The notes under the pieces: model-generated
What the model was told of the DNA's origin: nothing
Database searches by the model: none
The model's input: only the letters and a program-made list of their open reading frames with translations
From: Octopus bimaculoides
Taxonomy: Eukaryota
Direction: 5' to 3'
Assembly: GCF_001194135.2 (NCBI RefSeq)
Contig: NC_068981.1
Location: 22,933,091-22,997,090 of the forward strand
DNA length: 64,000 bases
Position numbers and translations under genes: made by a program
Shown: piece after piece, positions 24,291 to 36,003 of the stretch
Layout: every line of letters starts with the position of its first letter
How positions within the stretch are numbered: position 1 is the stretch's first letter

Positions 24291-27200
24291 AATATTTTAA
24301 GGTGGTGAGCTGGCAGAAACGTTATCACACCAGGTGAAATGTTTAGTGGTATTTCATCTGAGTTCAAATTCCACTCAGGTCGACTTTGCCTTTCATCCTT
24401 TTGGGGTCGATAAATTAAGTACCAGTTGCATACTGGGATTGATCTAATCGACTGCTCCCCGCCTTCCCAAAAATTTCAGGCCTTGTTCCTAGAGTAGAAA
24501 AGACTATTACGATTATTATTTTATCGACTTACTTTCAGAACACAAGTACACTAATCGATTGATTCATAATGTTCACAGAATTGTATAAAAAAGAAAGATA
24601 ACTGGGTTTTATGTGAATGCATATTTTTACAAAACTAAAATTTGTCTTTAACACTGATCTTTAATAGCAATGTTATATGTGTTTATATTTTCTTGTAATA
24701 ACTTGAAACTCTAACAAAACTCACTGAGTGGTTGTTGTTTTTTCTTTTAGCTTTTATTTTATCATATATCTCTGAAGAAATGATTATAAATGTTTGTTTA
24801 CCTGTTAATCTTATCTATAAAAGGCAGATTTTTCTCTGTGTGTGTGTATGTTTAAAATTCATACATTTACACAATTCCAAATTTCTTGGATTAAAAAATC
24901 GGAATTAATATTCTAAATACAATAAGTGAGGTCACAGCGTCATTTTTCAGTCAAAGTAACTCTGAATTACGAATAAAATCCATAAAACTACAAAAATTAA
25001 CATTTTCCCCTCTAATTATACAAGCATGATGAATGAAGTGAGGAAATTTCACCCGACTTCGTTATCATTCTTTATTCATAATCATCATCCAGCCTCATCC
25101 CCATTAGCCCTACTACCACCATCATCACCATCGTTATCATCAGACATAACAACACTCATTAGTTAAAACAATGGTTTAGTGGTAGAATTATTTTTAAATA
25201 TATGTAGTCTTGGGAAAACATAGTTGGCCAGTGTCACTAATAATCAGTGAAATCTGCAAATATGAATAAAATTGTTTAACATTGTGGAAAAGTGTATTCT
25301 TATGTTTCAGAGAGAAAATAAAATAAAATACAATAAATATAACTTATTATGAGCCAGTGACAGAGTCTCTACATGGTCTCCTAACTTGCTAGAAACAGCA
25401 GCTAAATCTTCCTCAAAGTGTACCCCATCTGTCTTTAACAAAAAAATAAAAACAGAAAGGATACATTGAATAACAGTTGTAAATATGCTGCTTGAAATAT
25501 AAATGGATTGGTCATGGCTGGAATGACTTTCACCATAAGTTTGTTCATTTGGTGCTCACTTCAGACTAAGCTACAAATTATATTTATGCATCTTATTTGA
25601 TGATAGACTGATTACTATGCATCTTCTAATATATTGATTTTATACAAATGTGTTTGGTAAATTGATTTAGTCACAAGTATGTTACTGGTATTTATTTCAG
25701 TATGTTTTCAACACAGAAATAAAGAGATATATTAAACTTGACATTTAAAACACCTGATCTAATTCTTTACATTTGTATCATATACTCTCAGTTCTTTGCC
25801 AATGATACTAAAAATAAACAAAATCATATATAAGTCACTTATTATGCTATAACTGTCTAAAGTAGTGGTTCTCAACCATTTTTTACTTTGGGACTATTTG
25901 ATTCCTATTTTACTCAGGTGGACTCTCATAGCCGTTCAGTGTTTAAAAAGTTTTATTGTAGTACCTGCTGACTGGTTCTCATGCCGGTGGCATGTAAAAA
26001 GCACCAGCCGAACGTGGCCGGTGCCAGTACCCACTGACTGGCCCCCATGCCAGTGGCATGTAAAAAGCACTATTCGAATGTGATCAATGCCAGGCCCGCC
26101 TGACTGGCTCCTGTGCCGGTGGCATGTAAAAAGCACCCACTACACCCTTGGAGTGGTTGGCATTAGGAAGGACATCCAGCTGTAGAAACATTGCCCAGTC
26201 AGATTGGAGCCTGGTGCAGCTGCTGGCTCTCCAGACCTCAGTCAAACCATCCAACACATGCCAGCATGGAAAACGGATGTTAAACGATGATGATGATAAT
26301 GATAATGAATTAAATATTATTAGGAATTGTATTAAAAAAATTGTGAAAACATTTGGTGTATTGTTGATATATAAGCAATTTNNNNNNNNNNNNNNNNNNN
26401 NNNNNNNNNNNNNNNNNNNNNNNNNNNNNNNNNNNNNNNNNNNNNNNNNNNNNNNNNNNNNNNNNNNNNNNNNNNNNNNNNNNNNNNNNNNNNNNNNNNN
26501 NNNNNNNNNNNNNNNNNNNNNNNNNNNNNNNNNNNNNNNNNNNNNNNNNNNNNNNNNNNNNNNNNNNNNNNNNNNNNNNNNNNNNNNNNNNNNNNNNNNN
26601 NNNNNNNNNNNNNNNNNNNNNNNNNNNNNNNNNNNNNNNNNNNNNNNNNNNNNNNNNNNNNNNNNNNNNNNNNNNNNNNNNNNNNNNNNNNNNNNNNNNN
26701 NNNNNNNNNNNNNNNNNNNNNNNNNNNNNNNNNNNNNNNNNNNNNNNNNNNNNNNNNNNNNNNNNNNNNNNNNNNNNNNNNNNNNNNNNNNNNNNNNNNN
26801 NNNNNNNNNNNNNNNNNNNNNNNNNNNNNNNNNNNNNNNNNNNNNNNNNNNNNNNNNNNNNNNNNNNNNNNNNNNNNNNNNNNNNNNNNNNNNNNNNNNN
26901 NNNNNNNNNNNNNNNNNNNNNNNNNNNNNNNNNNNNNNNNNNNNNNNNNNNNNNNNNNNNNNNNNNNNNNNNNNNNNNNNNNNNNNNNNNNNNNNNNNNN
27001 NNNNNNNNNNNNNNNNNNNNNNNNNNNNNNNNNNNNNNNNNNNNNNNNNNNNNNNNNNNNNNNNNNNNNNNNNNNNNNNNNNNCTAACACTTTGGAATTA
27101 TTTTGTTTGGATTTTGGTTTCTAATAGAATATTTAAGTTGCATATTAATTCAACTAATTCTAAGATGAGGTTTGGTTTGTTGAAGCTACTTAAACTGGAT

Positions 27201-27597
27201 GCTATTAGAAACCAGTTCAATGATTAATTTTGTAAAATCATACTGAAAGAATAACAAATTGTGAATAATTAACCAAAAATGTTTTTAGTTTTAATGGATA
27301 TATGCATGTGTGTGTGTGTGTGTGTGTGTAAATACTGGTGCTGGTGCCATATAAAAAAAGCACTGGTGCTGGTGCCATATAAAAGGCACTCAGTACACTC
27401 TGTAAAGTGGTTGATGTTAGGAAGGGCATCCAGCTGTAGAAACTATGCCAGAACAGAAGATGGGCCTGGTGCAGTTCCTGACCTTACCAGCTCCTGTCAA
27501 ACCATCCAACCCATGCCAGCATGGAAAATGGACTTTAAGATGGATATTAAATGAAGATGTATGTATATATATGAGTGTGTGTGTGTATATGTATATA

Positions 27598-27724
27598 CAG
27601 GGTGTCCACAAAGTCTGGGTACATGGAGTAAATAAAATCATAACGTAAACAATTAAATATAAGAAATAATAATTTCTTAAAGTATGTGTTAATCCCCATG
27701 TACCCAAACTTTGTGGACACCCTG
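27598..27724. mobile_element. Tc1/mariner-type MITE (127 bp)
   Basis: TA|CAGGGTGTCCACAAAGTCTGGGTACATGG ... CCATGTACCCAAACTTTGTGGACACCCTG|TA. Confidence 0.9.
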
Positions 27725-27802
27725 TANNNNNNNNNNTATGTGTTAATCCCCATGTACCCAAACTTTGTGGACACCCTGTATATGTATGTGTGTGTTTGTC
27801 TA

Positions 27803-27834
<32 letters not shown>

Positions 27835-28069
27835 GAAAAGAAAAGAAATGATTTTACCTTTAAATTACCTACTACTGTATACCTTATAGCTAGGACTATA
27901 CATAGTAAGATAATACACCAGGATGTCTGCCTATGGATACATCTATCGCTTAGATGGTTGCATAACCTCTAACTTATATTTTGCTTAGTATATATATATA
28001 TATGTATATATCCATTAACAAAATTATATATTGTGTATGTGCATATATACACATGCACACATACATGCA

Positions 28070-28116
<47 letters not shown>

Positions 28117-28146
28117 ATACATGCCTGTGTCTTGTAATATTTGCAG

Positions 28147-28321
28147 GTTGAACGTGAAGATTATTCCCACAAAACTGCTACTCCCATTCCAAGTGTGGAC
28201 AGTGCTTTGGAGTCTTGGGGAAGTTCTGGGTTAGAGAGTTTCAATCAGAATTCAAATATACATACCGTTCTTGTGACCAAAAATGGCAGCAGCAGCATAA
28301 ACCACAGTCCAGATAAATCAG
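28147..28321 (+). CDS. GRIP1: GRIP1/2-like multi-PDZ protein, internal exon (post-PDZ6 linker), phase 0 to 1
   Basis: Acceptor ttgcag|GTT and donor TCAG|gtaaga; 175 nt. Translates VEREDYSHKTATPIPSVDSALESWGSSGLES, resembling the SVDSAVxSW motif of vertebrate GRIP. Joins in frame to the exon at 29470. Confidence 0.9.
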
Positions 28322-28535
28322 GTAAGAGACTGTTTATGAGAACTGATAAGCATGCATGTATATCATTTTTTTCAATGTCATATCAATGTTTTGTATATTA
28401 GAATTTCTAAATTTAGTTTTTAATCTTGCATATGAGCAGATTCTTGAAGCCATAACTTGTGGGTCAGCTGTGTATTAAAAGCATTGGTCAGTGTGTGCAG
28501 ACAATATATATATGTATGTGTGTGTGTGTAATATA

Positions 28536-28825
28536 CAGGGTGTGATTAATAAACTGCTGTCTAAATTATGCTAAGGTGAAAATATCACTGACATCTCATT
28601 CTAACAGATATATTTACCAAAATTACATAAAAATATCTTGAAATACTAAAGAGTAAATTTATTCAATAAAATCGCCATTGGCTTCAACCATAGGCCTCCT
28701 TCAACCTCCAGACGACTTCAGAATCTCCTGCAACTCTTCTGGATGGTCTCCTTGTTTAAGTTGGTGAATGCTGCCATAATCCTAGCCTTCAGTTCATCTT
28801 TGCTGTTACAAGGAGTTTTGTTGGG
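28536..28825 (-). mobile_element. Mariner 3' end fragment with TIR
   Basis: Translates NKTPCNSKDELKARIMAAFTNLNKETIQKSCRRF..VEANGDFIE*. The terminus reads TA|CAGGGTG at 28534-28542. It abuts a SINE at about 28826. Confidence 0.75.
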
Positions 28826-29139
28826 ACAAACACAGACACACAAACATATACACACACACACATATACATATATACGACGGGCTTCTTTCAGTTTCCGTCT
28901 ACCAAATCCACTCACAAGGCTTTGGTCGGTCCGAGGCTATAGTAGAAGACACTTGCCCAAGGTGCCACACAGTGGAAATGAACCTGGAACCATATGGTTG
29001 GTAAGCAAGCTACTTACCACACAGCCACTCCTGTGCCTATATTAATTGCCTGAAATTAATTTCAATTTTTTAATTAATGGAATTAATGAATTGTTATTTT
29101 GTAACATAGTTTGGTGCTTTATTTATTAAAATGGAATCT

Positions 29140-29408
29140 GTCCAGGTGGCACATAAAATACACCATTTCGAGCATGGCCGTCGCCAGTACCGCTTGACTG
29201 GCCTTTGTGCCGGTGGCACGTAAAAGCACCCACTACACTCTTGGAGTGGTTGGCGTTAGGAAGGGCATCCAGCTGTAGAAACTCTGCCAGATCAGATTGG
29301 AGCCTGGTGTCGCCTCCTGGTCCACCAGTCCTCAGTCAAATCGTCTAACCCATGCTAGCATGGAAAGCGGACGTTAAACGACGACGACAATGATGATGAT
29401 GATGATGA
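29140..29408 (+). mobile_element. Retroelement family C (tandem hairpin units, (GAT)n tail), representative copy
   Basis: ..GTGGTTGGCGTTAGGAAGGGCATCCAGCTGTAGAAACTCTGCC..CCAACCCATGCTAGCATGGAAAGCGGACGTTAAACGA(TGA)n. About 20 copies, e.g. 385-660, 22670-22950, 25965-26300, 34935-35090 (-), 39318-39500, 47752-47935 (-), 60965-61363, 63195-63560. Confidence 0.85.
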
Positions 29409-29469
29409 AAGAATTAAATACCGTTTGGCATAATGCATTCTTAACTCGGTGAATTTCTTTTGTTTGCAG

Positions 29470-30095
29470 CCACATTACCAGCTGATTTCCGCAGTTATCC
29501 AGATTCCATAGAGTCATCTTCAGAGGCAGACGGTAGCATGGAAGGCAACTCTACCCATCACCACTACACTGATGATGGATGGCAGGACAATGAGAGCAAC
29601 CAAAGTTACGAGGACAGCAGTGATAACGAGAAGGCTGACGAATGGTCAAGGACATGCGATGACCTTGAAAACACTGACACCTCAGAGATGCTACGACAGA
29701 TAGGCGCAAGTCTTAGGCAAAGGAGCGTTGCGAGTCTACATAAGATACGATCCCGTGAAGGGAGACGGAAACCAAAGAAAAGCAACTGCCACTGTGCCCA
29801 GGGCAACGATAGTAACATCAACACCAATTGCCACAATACTAGTAAAGTAGCTTCATCTCATACAAACACATGTACCGATTTAGTACCAGCGACATTCGAT
29901 GAGCAGGTACAAACCATTTTTTCCCCTACCCCAATTGAACTTCACAAGTTTACGATCGTTAAAGAAAATGCCACAGAAGATTTCGGTTTCAGCTTATCAG
30001 AAGGAATGTATGAAAAGGGAGTGTATATCAGCGCTATTAGGCCTGGAAGTCTGGCAGAGAAATCTGGTCTCTTGCAATATGACCGGATTCTTCAG
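29470..30095 (+). CDS. GRIP1: GRIP1/2-like exon: acidic/Ser-rich linker and N-terminal part of PDZ7, phase 1 to 0
   Basis: Acceptor tttctttgtttgcag|CC and donor CAG|gtatga. Ends SPTPIELHKFTIVKENATEDFGFSLSEGMYEKGVYISAIRPGSLAEKSGLLQYDRILQ, closely matching GRIP1 PDZ7 as recalled (SPTPVELHKVTL..EDFGFSV.DGLLEKGVYV.NIRP..DRLLQ). Confidence 0.95.
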
Positions 30096-30235
30096 GTATG
30101 ACAATTTTTAAAATGTTTCTTTCCATAAACATTACTTATGTTAGACCCTTTGCTTCCTGTCGAGTATAAACCATCAATGACTTTTCTCTTCTATTCTCAA
30201 ACCTGGGCTCTCTTTACTGTTTCGCTCCAGTTGGG

Positions 30236-30273
<38 letters not shown>

Positions 30274-30535
30274 CAGTTTTGCTTTAGTATTCTGCTTCCA
30301 GCTAAGTTTATTATCATCATCTCTTTTACTCTTTTACTTGTTTCAGTCATTTGACTGTGGCCATGCTGGAGCACTGCCTTTAGTCGAGCAAATCGACCCT
30401 AGGACTTCTTCTTTGTAAGCCTAGTACTTATTATATTGGTCTCTTTTGCCGAACCGCTAAGTTACGGGGATGTAAACACACCAGCATTGGTTGTCAAGCG
30501 ATGTTGGGGGGACAAACATATACACACAAACATAT

Positions 30536-30601
<66 letters not shown>

Positions 30602-31620
30602 CGGGCTTCTTTCAGACAAACACAGACATACACACAGATACATGTATATATACAACGGGCCTCTTTCAGTTTCCGTCTACCAGATTCACTCACAAGGCTT
30701 TGGTCGGCCTGAGGCTATAGTAGAAGACACTTGCCCAAAGTGCCATGCAGTGGGACTGAACCCAGAACCATGTGGTTGGTAAAAAAGTTACTTACCACAC
30801 AGCCACTCCTGTGCCTCAGTAAGACAAATGAAAAAATGTTTCTTTCCGTAAACATTACTTATTTAGACCCTTTGCTTCCTGTCGAGTATAAACCATCAAT
30901 GACTTTTCACTTCTGTTCTAAAACTGGGCTCTCTTTACTGTTTCTCTCCAGTTGGGTCTTTTTTTTTTCCAGTTTTGCGTTAGTATTCTGTCTCCAGCTA
31001 AGTTTATTATCATCCTCTCTTTTACTCTTTTACTTGTTTCAGTCATTTGACTGTGGCCATGTTGGAGCACCGCCTTTTAGTCGAGCAAATCGACCCCAGG
31101 ACTTATTCTTTGTAAGCCTAGTACTTATTCTATCAGTCTCTTATGCCGAACCGCTAAGTTACGAGGATGTAAACACACCAGCATCGGTTGTCAAGCGATG
31201 ATGGGGGGGACAAACACAGACACACAAACATATACACACACATACATGTATATATACGACGGGCTTCTTTCAGTTTCCGTCTACCAAATCCACTCACAAG
31301 GCTTTGGTCAGCCCGAGGCTATAGTAGAAGACACTTGCCCAAGGTGCCATGCAGTGGGACTGAACCCAGAACTATGTGGTTCGTAAGCAACCATATATAT
31401 ATATGACGGGCTTCTTTGAGACAAACACACACACATGTACATACGTATACATACGACGGGCTTCTTTCAGTTTCCGTCTACCAAATCCACTCACAAGGCT
31501 TTGGTCAGCCCGAGGCTATAGTAGAAGACACTTGCCCAAGGTGCCACGCAGTGGGACTGAACCCAGAACCATGTGGTTCATAAGCAACCTACTTACCACA
31601 TAGCCACTCCTACGCCTATC
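30096..31620 (+). repeat. Tandem duplication in the last GRIP intron (period about 723 bp)
   Basis: Unique intronic sequence plus SINE B is repeated, with units starting at 30096 and 30819. Confidence 0.85.
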
Positions 31621-32361
31621 ATCATCATTAGCAGAATCATTAGCACACTGGATGAAACGCTTAGCAGTATTTTGTCTGTCACTTCATTCTGAGTCTCAAT
31701 TCCGCCGAGGTTGACTTTGCCTTCCACTCTTTCGGAGTTGATAAATTAAGTACCAGTGAAACGGGGGNNNNNNNNNNNNNNNNNNNNNNNNNNCAACTGG
31801 TCCCCTCCCAGAAAGCCTTGTGCTTATAGTAGAAATGATTATTATTATTATTATTATTATTATTTAGTGAGTTGGACAAAATTCTTAGCAGCTTTTTTTC
31901 CGACTCTTTACATTCTGAGTTCAAATTCCACCAAGGTTGACTTTGCTTTTCATCCTTTCGGGGTTGATGGTTGATAAAATAAGCACTAGTCAAATACTGG
32001 AGTTGATGTAATTGATTAAGCCCCTCTCCCTAGAATTGTTGGCCTCATGTCAGAATTTGTAGCATTATTACTATTATTATTACTATTATTATTATTATTA
32101 TTATTAAGGTGATGAGCTTGCAGAATCATTAGTATGCCTGACAAGATGCTTAGTGATATTTTTTCGGGCTTTACGTTCTGAGTTCAAATCCTGTTGTGGT
32201 CAACTTTGCCTTTTATCCTTTTGGGAGTTGATAAAATAAGTACCAGTTGGACGCTGAGATTAATGTAATTGACTAACTCCCTACCCTGAAATTGCTGGCC
32301 TAGTGCCAACATTTGAAACCATTATTGTTATTATAATTATTACCTCTTTTTCTGATTTCAG

Positions 32362-32529
32362 GTGAATAATGTGAAAACTCGAGATTTTGATTGCCGTCTT
32401 GTAGTACCAGTTATTGCTGAGGCTGGCAGCTATCTAGAGTTGGTTGTAAGCCGAAATCCTCTGGCAGACGCATCAAATGAAGGGAGAGCTTATATGTTAA
32501 ATAATAAGAAACCTTTGAAATCTTTATGA
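32362..32529 (+). CDS. GRIP1: GRIP1/2-like terminal coding exon (end of PDZ7 and stop)
   Basis: Acceptor tttttctgatttcag|GTG. Translates [55 protein letters not shown], matching GRIP1 [34 protein letters not shown]. Absent from the ORF track (55 aa). Confidence 0.95.
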   Translation: MNNVKTRDFDCRLVVPVIAEAGSYLELVVSRNPLADASNEGRAYMLNNKKPLKSL

Positions 32530-33216
32530 AATATAAGAAAAGACTAATTCTATACCAATTTTCAAGGTTTCAGTTTTCATGCCCTCATTTTTTTAAAACA
32601 TGAAATTCATTGAGCTTGCTATGAGATTTTTGGGATTAATCTGTGTGTCTCATACTTTGTACTCCAGGAATATACCGGAAACAATCTAATTTTCAAACCC
32701 AGCAAAGAAAATGTTTTAGATTGCTAAGTAAATGTGATACAAGCGTGTGTACTGGATTAATCTACACCATACTAAATATATTGTATCATTGCTAAGTAAA
32801 CATCTGTCAAAACGAGGAAGGGAATATGTGAGATAATCTTACATATATGTTACTTAACAAACATCCCCGAGAGAGAACGAGAGAGAGAAGTGTGTGTTAT
32901 TGTTGTTTGTTTTGTTTATTTTTTTTAATTTTATAAAAAAAATTATTTATTCATCATTTGCCGTTTGGTGAACGTTTAAAGAAATGATTTTACAGGAATC
33001 AATCAAAGGAAGAAATGAAGACAAGATTTTTTTTTTTTTTTTTAATCTTGTAAGAGCAGCAGTAAATCATGTACAGTAATTAAGACCAGAGTTAATTGAC
33101 TTTGAAAGTAGCAATAGAAGAGACGGTGCTTACAAGCTAATGACTTAACCAAACTTTCTACACCAGTATTTTTTCATATTCATGTGGGACACTACATGAG
33201 TGTGAAAATTGCTTAA

Positions 33217-33542
33217 CTCTTTTGGTACCAATCCAACTGAGACTGTCCTTGGTTCTTTGATATAATCTTCCTGTTTTAAAGTGATATAAATTAAAACCTT
33301 CCATTGAAATTTCATGTTAATTTATGTTCCTAACTCCAGCTTAATAATGACAAATTTATTTGAATAAATTTGTAGTGGCGCGAAATTATAGCCGCCATTG
33401 AGGAAGTACTATTCTGCGCATGCGCAGAATAGTACTACCTCAATGGCGGCTATAATTTTGCGCCACTACAAATTCATCATTATTTTCCAAATTAATTGAA
33501 ACAAAGGTAATGTATTACAACAGAAATATGGTAGCAAAAGGG
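33217..33542. mobile_element. piggyBac-like MITE (TTAA-flanked); related copies near 3328-3506, 7215-7410 and 9315-9530
   Basis: TTAA|CTCTTTTGGTACCA ... TGGTAGCAAAAGGG|TTAA. The interior aligns with the 9315-9530 copy in reverse orientation. Confidence 0.75.
33371..33470. mobile_element. 100-bp loopless palindromic insertion with AATT TSD
   Basis: Arms of 50 bp (54 with the TSD) are symmetric about 33420/33421 with 2 mismatches. AATT at 33367-33370 and 33471-33474. Confidence 0.8.
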
Positions 33543-35441
33543 TTAACTGATATGTGTGTGTGTGCAAACTCCATCTTACACAGCTTGCTGATGAAGCTAT
33601 GAAGCTGTTTCTCTCTCTCTCTCTCTCCATTGAACTGAATTTTAAATTAGATATAAAATAAATTCCACAGAACAATACTCAGTCAACAAAATGATATTCA
33701 GTGGCAGAAAAGAAATAAAGAAGAGGCCATGGAACTGAACTCTTAAGAAATGGTTCCTATTGATAATTGATGGCCTTTCAAATATGTGTTATCAACACAA
33801 ATTTGTAATGTTTGGACAATTAACCAAATGTATATTGCTGTGAATGTTTAGTTATATCTGTATATTTCTGTGTGTGTGTGTGTGTTGTTATTTTTTTTCT
33901 TTGCAGGAATGGCCTTCATATTGTCAGTAAGTAACTAGAAAAAGAGTTCTATGAAACATAACAAAAAAAAAATCATAACTATTTGTCATAATTAAACAAA
34001 AACAAGCTTGCATTCTTACAGTCATCGATTCCTACAGTATATTCTGTTTCTGCGACAAACTTTTTCATTCTTGCTGCCAGATTTGCTTTTCAGTTGTCCT
34101 CCTCATAACATTTGGGTCTGCCTTGACCATGAATGATTAAAAACAACAAAAGAAAAAGACCAAAAAAAAAAAAACCATCCAGTATAAACAAAATTTTTTC
34201 CCCAAAAGTTGTTTCATCATCATTTTGATTAATTTAAGTTGGGGATCATTTACAAACTCAAATAAATCTTTTTTTGTAATGGAAAATTTCATGCCATAAT
34301 GTCTATCCTCCACATTTCTTAAATTTGAATACTGGAAAATGTTTGATGTGACTTTGCTCACAAAATAAATATATATAAAAAAAAAAAATCAAAACTGTAC
34401 TAGTTTGATGTTCCATCCTTTTTGGTATTTCTTTTTTCCTATCTTTCATTCACATAAACATTGAAATATATATTGTTTTACTAATTTCGTTTTTAATTTC
34501 ATAAATCAATGTTTTTTTCTTTTTCTTTTATGGAAAGGCATCACAATAACCAATTTAGGGATTCCGAGAGAGTGGAAGAAAAAAGGGGAGATAAATTACA
34601 ACAGCTGGATTGTTGCAAATAGAAGAAACATTGCATGAAGATGTTATCCTTAGACCATGGCCTTGGTCTCAATGTTCGTAAGCTTGGACTTAGTTAAAGG
34701 AACCCAAAGGCTAGGTTGTCATGTTAAACTGGTTGATGGATTGTGTCTACCGTTCACAAAGAGGTATAGTTCACAGGTTTCAGTGGTCCAGTTTCAATAC
34801 CAACACTTAAGTTGCTTGACACAATGGTACTTGCTGCAAAGTACCATACTGTACTTTTGATTTTGGAACCATGTGACTGTGAAACGAACTTCTTAACCAC
34901 ATCACTATAAGTCTCTTCAACCAAATACGTGAATGCATCATCATCATCGTTTAATGTCTGCTTTACATGCTAGCATGGGTTGGACGATTTGACTGAGGAC
35001 TGGTGAACCAGATAGCTACACCAGGCTCCAATCTGATTTGGCAGAGTTTCTACAGCTGCATGCCCTTCCTAACGCCAACCACTCTGAGAGCAAAAGTTCT
35101 TAAATCTAAAATCCAGTACAGACAGAAGGAGTGATATAGGATGTTGTGTATAGTGGTAGCAGACTTCCATTGCTCAACGATAAAGATTGATTTTTGATCA
35201 ACACAGTTACTTGTTCACTTATTTAATGTGCAAGTGGATGAGTATTCCAAAAAAACCTGACCCATTAATGTAATTCTCAGGCAGAATTATCATGACACAG
35301 CATGTGACAAGGTTGTGCCTTTGAATCACACGTACAATCCACCCAATGAGCTTCTATACAGTTTCTGTCTCCTCAAATTCGGTCTCATAGAATGGGTCAA
35401 CTCCATGCTATAGTAAATTACATTTGCTCTGTGAGATTTAA

Positions 35442-35660
35442 CTCTTTAGCATTCAGATAACTTATCAAATATAATGCTTATTTATTCACATTGTTTTGAA
35501 TTAATAATACATTCTCTCACAGCTTTGAGATTTTGATGATGCGATTGTTTATTTTTAGAATGACATTGTAGGGTAGACACGAGAGGCTGGATCTGGCTGG
35601 CTTGAACATAAGACACATAGAATATTTGTGTCTGGTATGGCTGGGGTAAATGCTAAAGGG
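35442..35660. mobile_element. piggyBac-like MITE, second family; partial copy near 52300-52377
   Basis: TTAA|CTCTTTAGCATT ... AATGCTAAAGGG|TTAA. Confidence 0.75.
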
Positions 35661-35972
35661 TTAAAGAAATTCTCTTACATGTCTTGATGATTTCAGATAT
35701 TCATTTAATCCATTTAGACATCCATGTAAAGCTGAAAAACCATGACAGGATGAGGAGGGTTTGTAATAAACTTTATATAAAAGAATAAACTAAAACAAAA
35801 GCACAAAGACTATGAAGGAGAAAAAGAGGTACAGATAAAGAACAATTAAGTATTTTCTTTTATTAAATCTTTTTTTTTTTTCCATGAATTGAAACGTCTT
35901 ATGCTTAGTTGATCCTTGAAAGAAAGTTGTACAACCAACCTTGGAAGTTGTTTTAAGACCAGGTTTAAAACG

Positions 35973-36003
<31 letters not shown>

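Noticed and set aside
25960-26140. Repeat-spacer-like array resembling CRISPR
   Set aside because: The context is eukaryotic, no cas genes are present, the spacers are homologous to each other, and the units are part of dispersed family C.
27737-27780. Direct duplications across 10-N gaps (also 42251-42300)
   Set aside because: Identical sequence on both sides of a tiny gap is a contig-overlap artefact.
32515-32529. GRIP C-terminus KSL as a peroxisomal or class I PDZ-binding signal
   Set aside because: PTS1 is SKL-like and class I ligands need S/T at position -2, whereas this sequence has K there.
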